In this document: positions 9,110-20,430 of the stretch, piece by piece
Position numbering within the stretch: the first letter of the stretch is position 1
Layout of the letters: each line of letters opens with the position of its first letter
Assembly (NCBI GenBank): GCA_963701615.1
Contig: OY969615.1
Coordinates: 3,212,525-3,276,524, forward strand
Direction of reading: 5' to 3'
Length of the DNA: 64,000 nucleotides
Source of the DNA: an uncultured Alphaproteobacteria bacterium
GTDB taxonomy: Bacteria > Pseudomonadota > Alphaproteobacteria > Sphingomonadales > Sphingomonadaceae
Notes under the pieces: generated by a model
Databases searched by the model: none
Told to the model about the DNA's origin: nothing
The model's input: only the letters and a program-made list of their open reading frames with translations
Program-made: the position numbers and the translations under genes

Positions 9110-10267
9110 CTAGCCCATTCGCTGCAGCCGCTCAATCCGCGGCCAGTCGCGCGCGAACTCCTCCACCGGGCGGCCGAGCAAGGCGGCGACGATTCGCTCG
9201 CTGGCGCGGCCGTCGCCGTAGATCTGGGACGGCCGGTTCGACGCCGGCGCGTCGAGCTGCGCTTCGGCGGCGCCCAGGATGCGCTCGGCATCGGTGCCGA
9301 CGAGGATCGCCGCGCCGGCGGCGACCCCCTCGGGCCGCTCGGTGACGTCGCGCATCACCAGCACCGGCTTGCCGAGCGCGGCCGCCTCCTCCTGGACCCC
9401 GCCCGAATCGGTGAGGATCAGGTGCGCGCGCTGCATCAGGCCGACGAAGCATGGCAGGTCGAGCGGCGGCAGCAGGTGGACGTGGTCGAGGCCGCCGAGC
9501 GCCGCTTCGGCCGGCGGGCGAAGCTCGGGATTGGGGTGGAGCGGGAACAGGATTTCGACGTCGGGGCGCTCCGCCAGCCGCGCCAGCGCACCGCAAATCG
9601 CGCCGAACGGGGCGCCGAAGCTCTCGCGGCGATGGGCGGTGACGGCGATCAGCTTCCGGCCTTCGGGAATTATCGGCAGCGCGGCGTCGACGCGCCACCA
9701 CAAAGCCGCATCGGCCTCGAGCCGGGCGAGCACCATGTCGAGCGCGTCCATGCCGCTATTGCCGGTGACGAACACGTCGCCGCGCAGCTGCTCGGCGACG
9801 AGATTGTCGCGCGCGGCGCGGGTCGGCGCGAAATGGAGGTCGGCGATCAGGCCGATCGCGCGCCGGTTATACTCCTCCGGGAAGGGCCGGTCGGCGCAAT
9901 AGGTCCTGAGGCCGGCCTCGACATGGGCGACGGGGATGCCGCGATGGAAGGCGGCGAGCGCGGCGGCCAGCGCCGAGCTGGTGTCGCCCTGGACGATCAC
10001 CCGGTCGGGCGCGGCTTCGGCGAGGACCGGATCGAGGCGCTCGACGAGGCGCGCCACCAGCGGGTTGAGCGCCTGGTCCGCGGCCATCAGGTCGAGATCG
10101 AAATCCGGCTCGATCGCGAAGAAATCGAGGACCCGGTCAAGCAAATCGCGGTGCTGGCCCGTTACGCACACCCGCACTTCAATAGCGGGCTCGCTTTTTA
10201 GGGTCCTGAGGATGGGGGCCAACTTGACAGCTTCGGGACGCGTACCAAAAACGAACAGCAGTTTCAT
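9110..10267 (-). CDS. wecB: UDP-N-acetylglucosamine 2-epimerase (non-hydrolysing)
   Basis: FGTRPEAVK, TGQH, VQGDT, HVEAGLR, HRRE, TDSGGVQEEA motifs. Confidence 0.95.
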   Translation of the reverse strand: MKLLFVFGTRPEAVKLAPILRTLKSEPAIEVRVCVTGQHRDLLDRVLDFFAIEPDFDLDLMAADQALNPLVARLVERLDPVLAEAAPDRVIVQGDTSSALAAALAAFHRGIPVAHVEAGLRTYCADRPFPEEYNRRAIGLIADLHFAPTRAARDNLVAEQLRGDVFVTGNSGMDALDMVLARLEADAALWWRVDAALPIIPEGRKLIAVTAHRRESFGAPFGAICGALARLAERPDVEILFPLHPNPELRPPAEAALGGLDHVHLLPPLDLPCFVGLMQRAHLILTDSGGVQEEAAALGKPVLVMRDVTERPEGVAAGAAILVGTDAERILGAAEAQLDAPASNRPSQIYGDGRASERIVAALLGRPVEEFARDWPRIERLQRMG

Positions 10268-10339
10268 GCCATGCTCCCTGCGCTTCATGCGCAGATAAGC
10301 ACAGGCCCTTTAATTCGTATAGCCCGAATATGGACGGAC

Positions 10340-10696
10340 TTAATAAGTTCCGCCCGAAGACCGCCGTGCGTCGGCCCGGCCCGCCAGATAGGCGGCGCAG
10401 CTCGAGCGCAGCGAGGCGCTGTCGTCGGCGCTCAGCGAATAAGCGGTGCTGAGCCGGCCGATGAAGCCCGCCGGATCCGCCTGGTTGCCCGCCGCGCGGC
10501 AGATGGTCGTGATCTGGGCGAAGTCGAGCGCGTTGCCGCCCGAGGCGCGGCGCGGCGCCGGCCGGCGGGCGGGCCGCGTGACGCTCGCACGGGGCTGGAG
10601 CGCCTCGGCGCGGGCCTGGAGCTCGAGCGTGTCGCGGTCGATCAGCGGCAGGACCTTGGAGCCCGCCAGAAGCGCCGCCGTCAGGATGATGACCAT
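10340..10696 (-). CDS. hypothetical protein (118 aa, hydrophobic N-terminus, two Cys)
   Basis: MVIILTAALLAGS...; last part of the 551-aa ORF with coding-like codon usage. Confidence 0.6.
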   Translation of the reverse strand: MVIILTAALLAGSKVLPLIDRDTLELQARAEALQPRASVTRPARRPAPRRASGGNALDFAQITTICRAAGNQADPAGFIGRLSTAYSLSADDSASLRSSCAAYLAGRADARRSSGGTY

Positions 10697-10798
10697 GTTT
10701 CGTCCCCCCGGGAAAATTACCCGTGGACAGGAGGGGTATACATTGATGGTAAAGAACGCGTTAACCGAGATTACCGGCGGGTGAGGAAGGACGAGGGC

Positions 10799-11527
10799 GT
10801 GACCGACGAGGATCTGGCCGCTCACCTGGCGGAGGAAGCCGGGCGCCTGCTGCTGGAGCAGCGCGGCAGCGCCCTGCTCGAGGGCGCGGCGCTCGGCCAC
10901 GTCGCCGATCAGGTCGCCAATGCCTTCATCCTCACCGGCCTCGCCGAATGGCGGCCGGGCGACGCGGTGCTTTCGGAGGAGAGCCCCGACGATCCGGCGC
11001 GGCTCGGCGCCAGCCGGGTGTGGATCATCGACCCGCTCGACGGCACCCGCGAATATTCGGAACGGCGGCCCGACTGGGCGGTGCATGTCGCGCTGGCGGT
11101 GGACGGGGTGCCGCGGCTCGGCGCGGTCGCCGTGCCCGCTTTGGGCCGGCTGTTCCGCTCGGACCGGGTCGCATCGCCGCCGGCCCGGCGCAAGCGCCCG
11201 ATCATGCTGGTCAGCCGGACCCGGCCGCCCGCGGAGGTGGAGGAGATCGCCGCTTTGCTGGGCGCGGAGCTGATCGCGATGGGCTCGGCCGGCGCCAAGG
11301 CGATGGCGATCGTGGCCGGCGAGGCGGACATCTATTACCATGCCGGCGGCCAGCACGAATGGGACAATTGCGCGCCGGCCGTGATCGCGCTGGCGGCGGG
11401 CCTGCACGCCAGCCGCCTCAGCGGGGCGCCGCTCGTCTACAACCGCGCCGACACGCGCATGCCCGATCTGGTCATCGCCCGGCCGGAATTCGCGGCGCGG
11501 ATCCTCGATGCCTGCGCTCAGAGATAG
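10799..11527 (+). CDS. cysQ: 3'(2'),5'-bisphosphate nucleotidase / inositol monophosphatase family
   Basis: LSEE, WIIDPLDGTREY, GSAGAK, WDNCAP motifs; GTG start after GAGGG. Confidence 0.85.
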   Translation: MTDEDLAAHLAEEAGRLLLEQRGSALLEGAALGHVADQVANAFILTGLAEWRPGDAVLSEESPDDPARLGASRVWIIDPLDGTREYSERRPDWAVHVALAVDGVPRLGAVAVPALGRLFRSDRVASPPARRKRPIMLVSRTRPPAEVEEIAALLGAELIAMGSAGAKAMAIVAGEADIYYHAGGQHEWDNCAPAVIALAAGLHASRLSGAPLVYNRADTRMPDLVIARPEFAARILDACAQR

Positions 11528-12003
11528 GCGCGCAGGCCGAGCCAGGCTTCGCGCTTCCTGTCGAAGGAGAGGCTGGCATAAGCGGGGCTGCTCGACGGCA
11601 GGTCGACAAGGGCGAGGCCGGGGACGCCCTGGAGCTGCCGGCGGCCGATGCGCGCCGACGTGCCGCCGTTGAAGGCGACCGCTTTCAGCTCGGGCAGCGC
11701 GGCGGCGAGCGCGGCGAGGTCGCTCGCCAAATGGAGGCGGATGTCGGCGTCGAGGCTGCCGTTGCGGGTGGCGGCGGCGACCGTGTCCCACAGGCCGACG
11801 CCCGCATCGAGCAGCGCCTGCAGGCGCGCCTCGTAAGCGAGCGGAACCAGGTCGCATTCGATCGCCGCGCCGATCAGCCGCCAGAACTGGTTCTGCGGAT
11901 GGGCATAATAGCGCCCCTGCGCCAGCGACACCGCCCCCGGCAGGCTGCCGAGGACGAGCAGCCGCGTGTCGGGCCGGATGACGGGCGGGAAGCAATGGTG
12001 CAT
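11518..12003 (-). CDS. uracil-DNA glycosylase superfamily (Mug-like / DNA-deoxyinosine glycosylase)
   Basis: LGSLPG...YYAHPQNQFW, AFNG, LPSSSPA motifs. Confidence 0.88.
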   Translation of the reverse strand: MHHCFPPVIRPDTRLLVLGSLPGAVSLAQGRYYAHPQNQFWRLIGAAIECDLVPLAYEARLQALLDAGVGLWDTVAAATRNGSLDADIRLHLASDLAALAAALPELKAVAFNGGTSARIGRRQLQGVPGLALVDLPSSSPAYASLSFDRKREAWLGLRAYL

Positions 12004-12014
12004 GAAGCGCGCTT

Positions 12015-12383
12015 ATGAAGATCGAAGGCGGATGTCACTGTGGCGCGGTGCGGTTCGAGGCGGCGGTTCCGCCGGCGGTCGAGGTCCTCGACTGCAATTG
12101 CTCGATCTGCGCGATGACGGGCTTTCGCCACCTGATCGTCGCCCACCAGGATTTCCGGCTCCTGTCCGGCGCCGAGGCATTGACCAGCTACCGGTTCGGG
12201 ACCGGCGCCGCCGACCACCTCTTCTGCGGCGTCTGCGGCGTCAAGAGCTTCTACCAGCCGCGCTCGCACCCGCAGGCGTGGAGCGTGAACCTGAACGCGC
12301 TCGACGACGTCTCGGGCCTCGCCATCGCGGCCGCTCCGTTCGACGGCCGCAACTGGGAGCAGGCGGCGGCGAGGCTCGGCTGA
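12015..12383 (+). CDS. GFA (CENP-V) family protein
   Basis: GGCHCG, CNCSIC, FCGVCG Zn-binding motifs. Confidence 0.9.
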   Translation: MKIEGGCHCGAVRFEAAVPPAVEVLDCNCSICAMTGFRHLIVAHQDFRLLSGAEALTSYRFGTGAADHLFCGVCGVKSFYQPRSHPQAWSVNLNALDDVSGLAIAAAPFDGRNWEQAAARLG

Positions 12384-12461
12384 GCGCCGCCTGGCTGTGG
12401 CGCAGCTTGCCGCTGCGTGGGTCCCGGCTTAGTCTGGCCGCTCAGGATGGGGGAGGCGCGG

Positions 12462-14075
12462 ATGAGCGAAGCGGTGCAGCCGGTGGCGGACGATTATGTC
12501 GTCGATCCCAAGCGCGATCGGCTGGTGATCGTCGCTTCGTCGCTCGGCACCGTGTTCGAATGGTATGATTTCTTCATCTACGGCACGCTGGCGCCGGTCA
12601 TCGCCGGCCATTTCTTCCCGACCGCCAATCCCACCGCCGCGCTCCTGCTCACCTTGGCCACCTTCGGCGCCGGCTTCGGCGTGCGGCCGATCGGGGCGAT
12701 CCTGTTCGGCATTCTCGGCGACAAGCTCGGGCGCAAATATACCTTCCTCATCACCATCACCCTGATGGGCTTCGCCACCGCCGCCGTCGGCGTGCTGCCG
12801 ACCTATGCCCAGATCGGCATCGCGGCGCCGGTGCTGCTCGTCATCTGCCGGCTGCTGCAGGGGCTGGCGCTCGGCGGCGAATATGGCGGCGCGGCGATCT
12901 ACGTCGCCGAGCATGCGCCGGCCAACAAACGGGGCCTCTACACCAGCTTCATCCAGGCGAGCGTGATCGGCGGGTTCCTGCTGAGCGTGGTGATGGTGCT
13001 CGCCACCAACGCCTTGGTCAGCGTCGAGGCGCGGGACGAATGGGCGTGGCGCATCCCGTTCCTCGTGTCGCTGCTGCTGCTCGCGGTCTCCTTGTGGGTC
13101 CGGCTGAAGCTGAAGGAGAGCCCGGTCTTCCAGGCGATGAAGGCGGCCGGGCGGACCGCGCGCAATCCGCTGAAGGAGAGCTTCGGCAGCCGGCAGCAGG
13201 TGAAGATGATCCTGGTCGCCTTGTTCGGCATCGCCGCCGGGCTCACCGTGATCTGGTACACCGCGCAGTTCCAGGCGCTCTACTTCCTCCAGAACGCCTT
13301 GCGGATCGACGACACCGCGGCGCGGCTGATGATCGGCATCGCCGCGATGTTCAGCATGTTCTGGTTCGTGCTGTTCGGCTGGCTGTCCGACAAGATCGGC
13401 CGCAAGGCGCCGATCGTCACCGGCTATGTGCTGACCATCCTCCTGATGTTTCCCTTGTTCCACTGGATGGCGTCGGCGGCCAATCCGGAGCTGGCGACGG
13501 CGATGCGGCGGAACCCGGTGACCGTGCAGGGGACGAACTGCACCTACAACCCGTTCGCCCAGGGCCCGCAGACCAGCCCCTGCGCGCGCGCGCTCGACAC
13601 GCTGACGCGCCGGGGCATCGCCTACACTTTGGTGCCGGCGCCCGGCTGGCGCGGCGATTCCTATCAGGTTCGGATCGGATCGCAGGTGGTGAACGCCGAG
13701 AATCCGGCGGCGCTCGAGCCGGCGCTGGCGGGGGCGGGCTACCGGCTCGAAAAGACCGCGCCGCCGTTCGGCCGCGCCGCCCAGGTCGTGCTGGCGATCA
13801 TCGTCATCGGCTTCCTGTCGGGGATGACCTACGGCCCGGTCGCGGCCCTCTTGGTGGAGATGTTCCCGGCCCGGGTCCGCTACACCTCGCTGTCGGTGCC
13901 CTACCATATCGGCACCGGCTATTTCGGCGGGTTTCTCCCCTTCATCAGCCAGTATATCGTGGCCCGCACCGGCGATCCCTTCTCCGGCCTGTGGTACACG
14001 ATCGGGGTGGTGACGATGGCATTGATCGTCACCTTGTTCTGGCTGCCGGAGACGGCCGGAAAGCGGTTGGACTGA
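12462..14075 (+). CDS. MFS transporter, metabolite:H+ symporter family
   Basis: GTVFEWYDF, GDKLGRK, GGEYGGA, SDKIGRK, PYHIGTG; multiple TM helices. Confidence 0.92.
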   Translation: MSEAVQPVADDYVVDPKRDRLVIVASSLGTVFEWYDFFIYGTLAPVIAGHFFPTANPTAALLLTLATFGAGFGVRPIGAILFGILGDKLGRKYTFLITITLMGFATAAVGVLPTYAQIGIAAPVLLVICRLLQGLALGGEYGGAAIYVAEHAPANKRGLYTSFIQASVIGGFLLSVVMVLATNALVSVEARDEWAWRIPFLVSLLLLAVSLWVRLKLKESPVFQAMKAAGRTARNPLKESFGSRQQVKMILVALFGIAAGLTVIWYTAQFQALYFLQNALRIDDTAARLMIGIAAMFSMFWFVLFGWLSDKIGRKAPIVTGYVLTILLMFPLFHWMASAANPELATAMRRNPVTVQGTNCTYNPFAQGPQTSPCARALDTLTRRGIAYTLVPAPGWRGDSYQVRIGSQVVNAENPAALEPALAGAGYRLEKTAPPFGRAAQVVLAIIVIGFLSGMTYGPVAALLVEMFPARVRYTSLSVPYHIGTGYFGGFLPFISQYIVARTGDPFSGLWYTIGVVTMALIVTLFWLPETAGKRLD

Positions 14076-14097
14076 GACCAGGGCGTCATCAATGGGA

Positions 14098-14242
14098 GTC
14101 ATCCCGGCGAAGGGGCACCCCGCAAAGCACTACTTTGCGGGGACCCCGGAGGCCGGGACCCATGAACAGCCGCCGGGGCGGAGACGCTCGGTCCTTTTCG
14201 CGCTATTCCCTGTTCATGGGCCCCGGCTTCCGCCGGGGTGAC
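14098..14242. repeat. REP-like element, family 1, with a nested CCCCGCAAAG-N5-CTTTGCGGGG palindrome
   Basis: GTCATCCCGGCGAAG...CCGCCGGGGTGAC arms; internal palindrome at about 14117-14142. Confidence 0.85.
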
Positions 14243-14271
14243 TTGGGGGGAGTGCCGCGCTACGCGGGCGC

Positions 14272-15306
14272 ATGGTCCACATCCCCCTCCGCCTGAGCCT
14301 CGACGGCGAGGCGCTGGTCTCCAACTGGCATTGGCTCGCCCACCGCGGCGGCGCCGCGGATTGCGGCGCGGCGGTGAAGGCGGACGGCTACGGGCTTGGG
14401 GCGCGCCAGGCGGTGAAACGGCTCCAGGCTGCCGGCTGCCGCCACTTCTTCGTCGCCACCTGGGCCGAAGCCAAGGCGCTGATGCCGTGGCCGAGCGACC
14501 TCGAACTGTCGGTGCTGCACGGCGTCCAGGCGCGCGACATGTTCACCGCCCGCAAGACCGCCGCGCGGCCGGTGCTGAACAGCCCCGAGCAGGTCGCCCG
14601 CTGGCGCGACACGGGCCGGCCCTGCGACGTGATGGTCGACACCGGCATCAACCGGCTCGGCCTGGCGCCGGCCGACGTCGCCGGCGGGCTGCTCGACGGG
14701 CTCCGGATCGAGACGCTGATGAGCCACCTCGCCTGCGCCGACGAGGACGGGCCGGACAACGAGCGGCAGCTTCGCGCCTTCACCGCGATCGCCGGCACGG
14801 TGAAGGCGAAGCGGCTGAGCCTGGCCAACAGCGCAGGCATCTGCCTGGGTCGGGATTATGCGTTCGGCCTTACGCGGCCGGGCCTTGCCCTTTATGGCGG
14901 CGTGCCGCGGCGCGAGGCGCTGGGCCATATCCGCCAGGTCGCTCATGTCGAGGCCGAGATCGTCCAGCGCCGCCGCGTCGCGGCCGGCGACAGCGTCGGC
15001 TATGGCGCCACCTTCACCGCCGATCGGCCGCGCGAGCTGGCGATCCTCAACATCGGCTATGCCGACGGCTATCTGCGCGGCTTTTCGGGCAGCGGACGGG
15101 CGCGGATCGGCACGGCGTTCGCGCCGGTGGTCGGCCGGGTGTCGATGGATCTGACGGCGATCTGCGTCGACGCCGCGCCGGACCTCAGGGAAGGCGACTG
15201 GATCGAGCTCGATTACGACCTGCCGGGCGCAGCCGCGCAATCCGGCCTCAGCCAGTACGAGCTGCTCACCACATTGGGATCGCGCTTCAAGCGCAGCTGG
15301 CGCTGA
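14272..15306 (+). CDS. alr: alanine racemase
   Basis: AAVKADGYGLG PLP-lysine motif, DTGINRLG, MSHLACAD, ANSAG, GYADG, GRVSMD, YELLT. Confidence 0.95.
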   Translation: MVHIPLRLSLDGEALVSNWHWLAHRGGAADCGAAVKADGYGLGARQAVKRLQAAGCRHFFVATWAEAKALMPWPSDLELSVLHGVQARDMFTARKTAARPVLNSPEQVARWRDTGRPCDVMVDTGINRLGLAPADVAGGLLDGLRIETLMSHLACADEDGPDNERQLRAFTAIAGTVKAKRLSLANSAGICLGRDYAFGLTRPGLALYGGVPRREALGHIRQVAHVEAEIVQRRRVAAGDSVGYGATFTADRPRELAILNIGYADGYLRGFSGSGRARIGTAFAPVVGRVSMDLTAICVDAAPDLREGDWIELDYDLPGAAAQSGLSQYELLTTLGSRFKRSWR

Positions 15307-15337
15307 ACCCATCGGCGCGGCGCTCGTTGGATGCCGC

Positions 15338-16177
15338 ATGGCCCGCATCGCCCATCTCTCCGACCTTCATTTCGGCGCCCACGACCCGGCGGTCGTGGCG
15401 GGCGCCGAGGCCTGGCTGACCGCCGAGCGGCCCGACCTGGTCGCGATCAGCGGCGACTTCACGCAAAGGGCGCGGACCGGCCAATATCGCGAAGCCGGCG
15501 CGTTCCTCGACCGGCTCGAGGCGGCGGGGCTGGCCACCCTGAGCGTGCCCGGCAATCACGACGTGCCGTTCTACGACCTGTTTCGGCGCTTCACCCGGCC
15601 GCTCCGGCGCTACCGCCGCCATATCGACGACGACCTCTGCCCCTGGTTCGAGACCGGGAAGCTCGCCGTGCTGGGGATCAACACCGCCCGCTCCCTGACC
15701 TTCAAGGACGGCCGGATCAGCCACGACCAGATGGACCTGATCCGCGAGCGCTTCCGCGGCGTCGACGACACCAGGACCCGGATCCTCGTCACCCACCACC
15801 CGCTCTTCGCCATGCCGATCGGCGATGAAGGCGAGGCGACGGAGGCTGTCGGGCGGGATGAGGATGCATTGCTGGCGGTGACGGATGCAGGCGTCCACCT
15901 GCTGCTCGCCGGCCATTTCCACCGCAGCTTCACCGCCTCGGCGCGCGAGATGGTCAAGAATGCCGGCCCGGCGCTGGTCATCCAGGCCGGCACCGCGACG
16001 TCGGTCCGCCTCCGCGCCGGCGAGCGGCAGAGCTTCAACCTCATCCACGCCCACCGCAACGACGCGGTGGACGTTCAGGTGATCGGCTGGGACGGGACCG
16101 CCTTCCGAGCCGGCAGCCGCGCCGGCTATGCGTTCGACGGCGAGAATTGGCAGCCGCGGCCGGCAGCCGTGGCCTGA
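15338..16177 (+). CDS. calcineurin-like metallophosphoesterase
   Basis: SDLHFG, SGDFT, PGNHD, HHP, GHFH motifs. Confidence 0.9.
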   Translation: MARIAHLSDLHFGAHDPAVVAGAEAWLTAERPDLVAISGDFTQRARTGQYREAGAFLDRLEAAGLATLSVPGNHDVPFYDLFRRFTRPLRRYRRHIDDDLCPWFETGKLAVLGINTARSLTFKDGRISHDQMDLIRERFRGVDDTRTRILVTHHPLFAMPIGDEGEATEAVGRDEDALLAVTDAGVHLLLAGHFHRSFTASAREMVKNAGPALVIQAGTATSVRLRAGERQSFNLIHAHRNDAVDVQVIGWDGTAFRAGSRAGYAFDGENWQPRPAAVA

Positions 16178-16180
16178 AAC

Positions 16181-16264
16181 GTCATCCGGCGAAGATAGAA
16201 TCATCCCGGCCTCCGGGGTCCCCGCAAAGTAGTACTTTGCGGGGTGCCCCTTCGCCGGGATGAC
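16181..16264. repeat. inverted partial copy of the nested REP at 14098
   Basis: 16201-16264 is nearly the reverse complement of 14098-14160. Confidence 0.85.
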
Positions 16265-16282
16265 TCCAATTGAGCACGGAGC

Positions 16283-16579
16283 TCAGCCGATCACCTCATA
16301 CTGGCCGAGGCGGTGCTCGCAGCTGGTCCAGCTTTCGGTGCTGCGGTCGAGCGCCTCGTAATCGGCCCCATGCTCGGCGAGGAAGGCGTCGAAATCGTCC
16401 TTCGAGCGCCACACGTCGAGCGTCAGATAGGAGCCGTCCTCGGCCTTGAACAATTCGGTGCCGCGATAGCCCTCGGCGCGGGCGAAGAGCTGCGCCCAGG
16501 CGCCGGTCGGGCCATAAGCCGCCTCGAACGCGGCCCGCGCCTCTTCGAGAACCTCATAGCGCCAGATCAAAGCGATCAT
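16283..16579 (-). CDS. antibiotic biosynthesis monooxygenase (ABM/Dabb) family protein
   Basis: 98 aa; F...YG..G.W..LF...GY.GTEL...YLT.D.W pattern. Confidence 0.75.
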   Translation of the reverse strand: MIALIWRYEVLEEARAAFEAAYGPTGAWAQLFARAEGYRGTELFKAEDGSYLTLDVWRSKDDFDAFLAEHGADYEALDRSTESWTSCEHRLGQYEVIG

Positions 16580-16659
16580 GCGCCTGCTTTTACGGGAGCG
16601 GGCGGCCTGCGTCCAAGCCGTCCGCGCCGGTCACCGTCCCGGATTGGGGCGGCGCCTGC

Positions 16660-17427
16660 CTATCGTGCCAGGGCCTCGGGCGCGGCGATGCGGCGGAAGC
16701 GCGCCTCGACCAGGCTGAACAGGCCGAACAGCAGCAGGCCGGCGGCGACGGCGATCTGCAGGGGACGGGGAAGCGAAGCAAGGGCCTCGTCGATCCCGCC
16801 GGCCTGAGCGGAGCTGTGCGCTTGCGCCGCGAAGAGGAAGAAGGATGCGGTGAGGCAGAACAGGATGCCCCGCGCGGCGAAGCCCAGCCGGCCGAGCCAG
16901 CCGATCCAGTCCCGGCTTGCGGCGCAATGCTCGAAATGGCGCAGGAACCTGCCGGTCCAGGCCTTCCGGAACTGCGCAAGGCCGGTGATGAGGAGCACGA
17001 GAGCGGCCAGATAGAGGAGGAGCGCCCCGCCCGGAAGATCCAGCGCCGTCGCGGCGGCGGTCCGGGAGGAATCGCCGCCCCCGCCGCCGCCGCCCAGCGC
17101 GAGCCGGGCAGCGAGGACGCCGAGGCCGAGATGGACGAGCCCGGAGGTTGCGCCCGCCAGCCGCACCGTCACGCCCTTCGCGTCGCCGCCATGATCTTGC
17201 GTGTCGATCCACGCCTCGAGCAGGCGCCAGACGCCATAGGCAAGGAAGCCCGCCGCCATCGCCGCGACGACGAGCCGGCCGGTCGTGCCGGCGAGATAGG
17301 CGAGGATGCCGCCCGGGTCCTCGGTGCGGCCGCTGCGCAGCGCGAGATAGCCGATCAGCGCGTACAGGAGGCCGCGTGCCCCGAAGCCGAGCCGCGTTAC
17401 CCATCGAAACGTCGCGGCCCCATCCAT
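16660..17427 (-). CDS. DUF1206-like membrane protein
   Basis: Repeated RLG..ARG..Y/F...G units with TM helices; start MDGAATF. Confidence 0.75.
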   Translation of the reverse strand: MDGAATFRWVTRLGFGARGLLYALIGYLALRSGRTEDPGGILAYLAGTTGRLVVAAMAAGFLAYGVWRLLEAWIDTQDHGGDAKGVTVRLAGATSGLVHLGLGVLAARLALGGGGGGGDSSRTAAATALDLPGGALLLYLAALVLLITGLAQFRKAWTGRFLRHFEHCAASRDWIGWLGRLGFAARGILFCLTASFFLFAAQAHSSAQAGGIDEALASLPRPLQIAVAAGLLLFGLFSLVEARFRRIAAPEALAR

Positions 17428-17513
17428 CGCCGGCTCCCTTCGGGTCCGAGAACCCTCGCGGAGGGGGAACCGTTCCGAGGCGGGAACGACCCGGGCTGCC
17501 CGCCGCCTTCGGC

Positions 17514-18689
<1,176 letters not shown>

Positions 18690-18747
18690 GGGCAAAGGGC
18701 TCCTTGAAAAAATCTCCCTCTCCCGCTTGCGGGAGAGGGGGTCGCCC

Positions 18748-19830
18748 CTAGCAGCTTGCTGCACTGCGGGAAAGCCAGCCCGCGAGCGGCGCCCACAGCA
18801 GGGCGGGAGCGCGCGAGCCGACCACCATGCCGACATGGCCGAGAGCGAGATCGATCCGCTCGCCGGCCCGGACCGAGGTCTCGGCCGGCACGATCCGGTC
18901 GGTGGTGGAGACGATGTTGAGGAGCGGGACGGCAAGCGAATCCGGGTCGATCGCCGCGCCGGCCACGGTCCACCGGCCCGAGCCGGGCAGGTCGTCGCGG
19001 AACAGGCCCTCGAACATCTCCCGGGCGGCGGCCTCGGAGAGGGGCGGGCCGTCATTGGCCCAGTCCTCGAGCATGACGAAGGTCCGCGCCTCGGCGCCTT
19101 CCATGGCGGCAAAGGCTTCGAACTTGGCGATCGTGCGGGCCGGATCGAGGTTCCAGAACGCGCATTGCAGCACCTCCATCGGCAGCACGCCCAAAGCGTG
19201 GACCGTCGGCAGGGCGCCGTCCCAGAGCCGGCCGAGCCCGGCACGCGCCGCGTCGGGGAAGCCGTCGAAATGCCAGGGGGCGGCGAGGGTGGCGACGCTC
19301 CGCGCCGCTCCGGGCCGGGCGGCGGCGAGCGCCATCGTGCCGCCGAGGCAATAGCCGACCAGGTCGAGGCGCTCGCCGATCTCGGCCATCAGCGGCAGCA
19401 GGATCCGCTCGACATGGCCGGCGACCGACATCTCCCGCCGGTCCGCGCCCGGCCAGCCCCAGTCGAGCAGCAGCACCCGCCGGCCCCGGCCGGCGAGCCA
19501 GCGCAGCAGCGACCGGCCTTCGCCCATGTCGAGCACGTTGGGCGGGTTGATCAGCGAGGGCACGAACAGCACCGGCGGGCCCTCGCCGCCATAGTCCCGG
19601 ATCGCGGCGCCGTGCGCGCCGGCGAGCACCGGCATCGGCGCGTCCGGGGCCGGCCGCTCGGCGTCCTGATACTTTCTGAGGCCGGCGAGCGCGGCCTGCA
19701 TCCGTTCCGGATTTGCTGCGGTTTCGCTGCGCAGCAATTCGAGGAACAGAGGGAGCGGCCGCGGCCGTTGTTGCGGTGCGGCAAACTTTGGTGCTAGAGC
19801 CGTCGCCTCAGCGTTCGGGGAGTTTTCCAT
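18748..19830 (-). CDS. PhaC-like alpha/beta hydrolase (class III PHA synthase-like); start uncertain
   Basis: VPSLIN..VLD, GYCLGG Cys nucleophile box, D in DRIVP, GHVGM; divergent from phaR. Confidence 0.8.
   Translation of the reverse strand: MENSPNAEATALAPKFAAPQQRPRPLPLFLELLRSETAANPERMQAALAGLRKYQDAERPAPDAPMPVLAGAHGAAIRDYGGEGPPVLFVPSLINPPNVLDMGEGRSLLRWLAGRGRRVLLLDWGWPGADRREMSVAGHVERILLPLMAEIGERLDLVGYCLGGTMALAAARPGAARSVATLAAPWHFDGFPDAARAGLGRLWDGALPTVHALGVLPMEVLQCAFWNLDPARTIAKFEAFAAMEGAEARTFVMLEDWANDGPPLSEAAAREMFEGLFRDDLPGSGRWTVAGAAIDPDSLAVPLLNIVSTTDRIVPAETSVRAGERIDLALGHVGMVVGSRAPALLWAPLAGWLSRSAASC
18756..18772. promoter_or_regulatory. putative PhaR box overlapping the phaA promoter region
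   Basis: TTGCTGCACTGCGGGAA matches the TGC-N3-GCA / TGCTGC..TGC pattern known for PhaR. Confidence 0.5.
19769..19799 (+). promoter_or_regulatory. putative phaR promoter with overlapping PhaR box
   Basis: TGTTGCGGTGCGGCAA; TTGCGG-N17-CTAGAG about 30 nt before the phaR ATG. Confidence 0.5.
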
Positions 19831-20356
19831 GGCGGCATCCGGGTCCGGCGATGATGTGGTCATCATCAAGAAATATGCGAACCGGCGGCTCTACGATACC
19901 GAAAGCTCGAGCTACATCACATTGGAGCGGCTGGCCGAGATGGTCCGCCAGAAAAGGCAGTTCAAGGTGGTCGACGCCAAGTCCGGCGAGGACCTCACCC
20001 GCGGCGTGCTGACGCAGATCATCATGGACGAGGAATCGCGCGGGTCGACGACGATGCTGCCGGTCAACTTCCTGCGCCAGCTCATCTCGATGTACGGCGA
20101 CCAGATGCAGTCGGTGGTGCCGCAATATCTCGAGGCGTCGCTGGAGGCGCTGCAGCGCAACCAGAGCCAGTTCCGCGACGCGGTGGCGGGCGCGATCGCC
20201 GCCAACCCGTTCGCCGAGATCGCCCGCCGCAACCTGGAGGCGTTCAGCGCCGCGGGCGCCGCGAAGCCCGCCGCCGAGGACAACAAGGCCGAGCTCGCCG
20301 CGCTCCGCGCGCAGCTGTCGGACCTCCAGAAGAAGCTCGACAGCCTGGGCGGCTAA
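19829..20356 (+). CDS. phaR: polyhydroxyalkanoate synthesis repressor
   Basis: IIKKYANRRLYDT..S.YITL, DAKSGEDLTR.VL.QII, LP..FLRQLI. Confidence 0.95.
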   Translation: MAASGSGDDVVIIKKYANRRLYDTESSSYITLERLAEMVRQKRQFKVVDAKSGEDLTRGVLTQIIMDEESRGSTTMLPVNFLRQLISMYGDQMQSVVPQYLEASLEALQRNQSQFRDAVAGAIAANPFAEIARRNLEAFSAAGAAKPAAEDNKAELAALRAQLSDLQKKLDSLGG

Positions 20357-20365
20357 GTTCCTTTC

Positions 20366-20428
20366 GTCACCCCGGCGAAGGCCGGGGTCCCGGGACCAGA
20401 AGTCACGACGGGCCTCCGCCGGGACGAC
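20366..20428. repeat. REP-like element, family 1
   Basis: GTCACCCCGGCGAAGGCCGGGG...CCGCCGGGACGAC between convergent genes. Confidence 0.8.
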
Positions 20429-20430
20429 GC

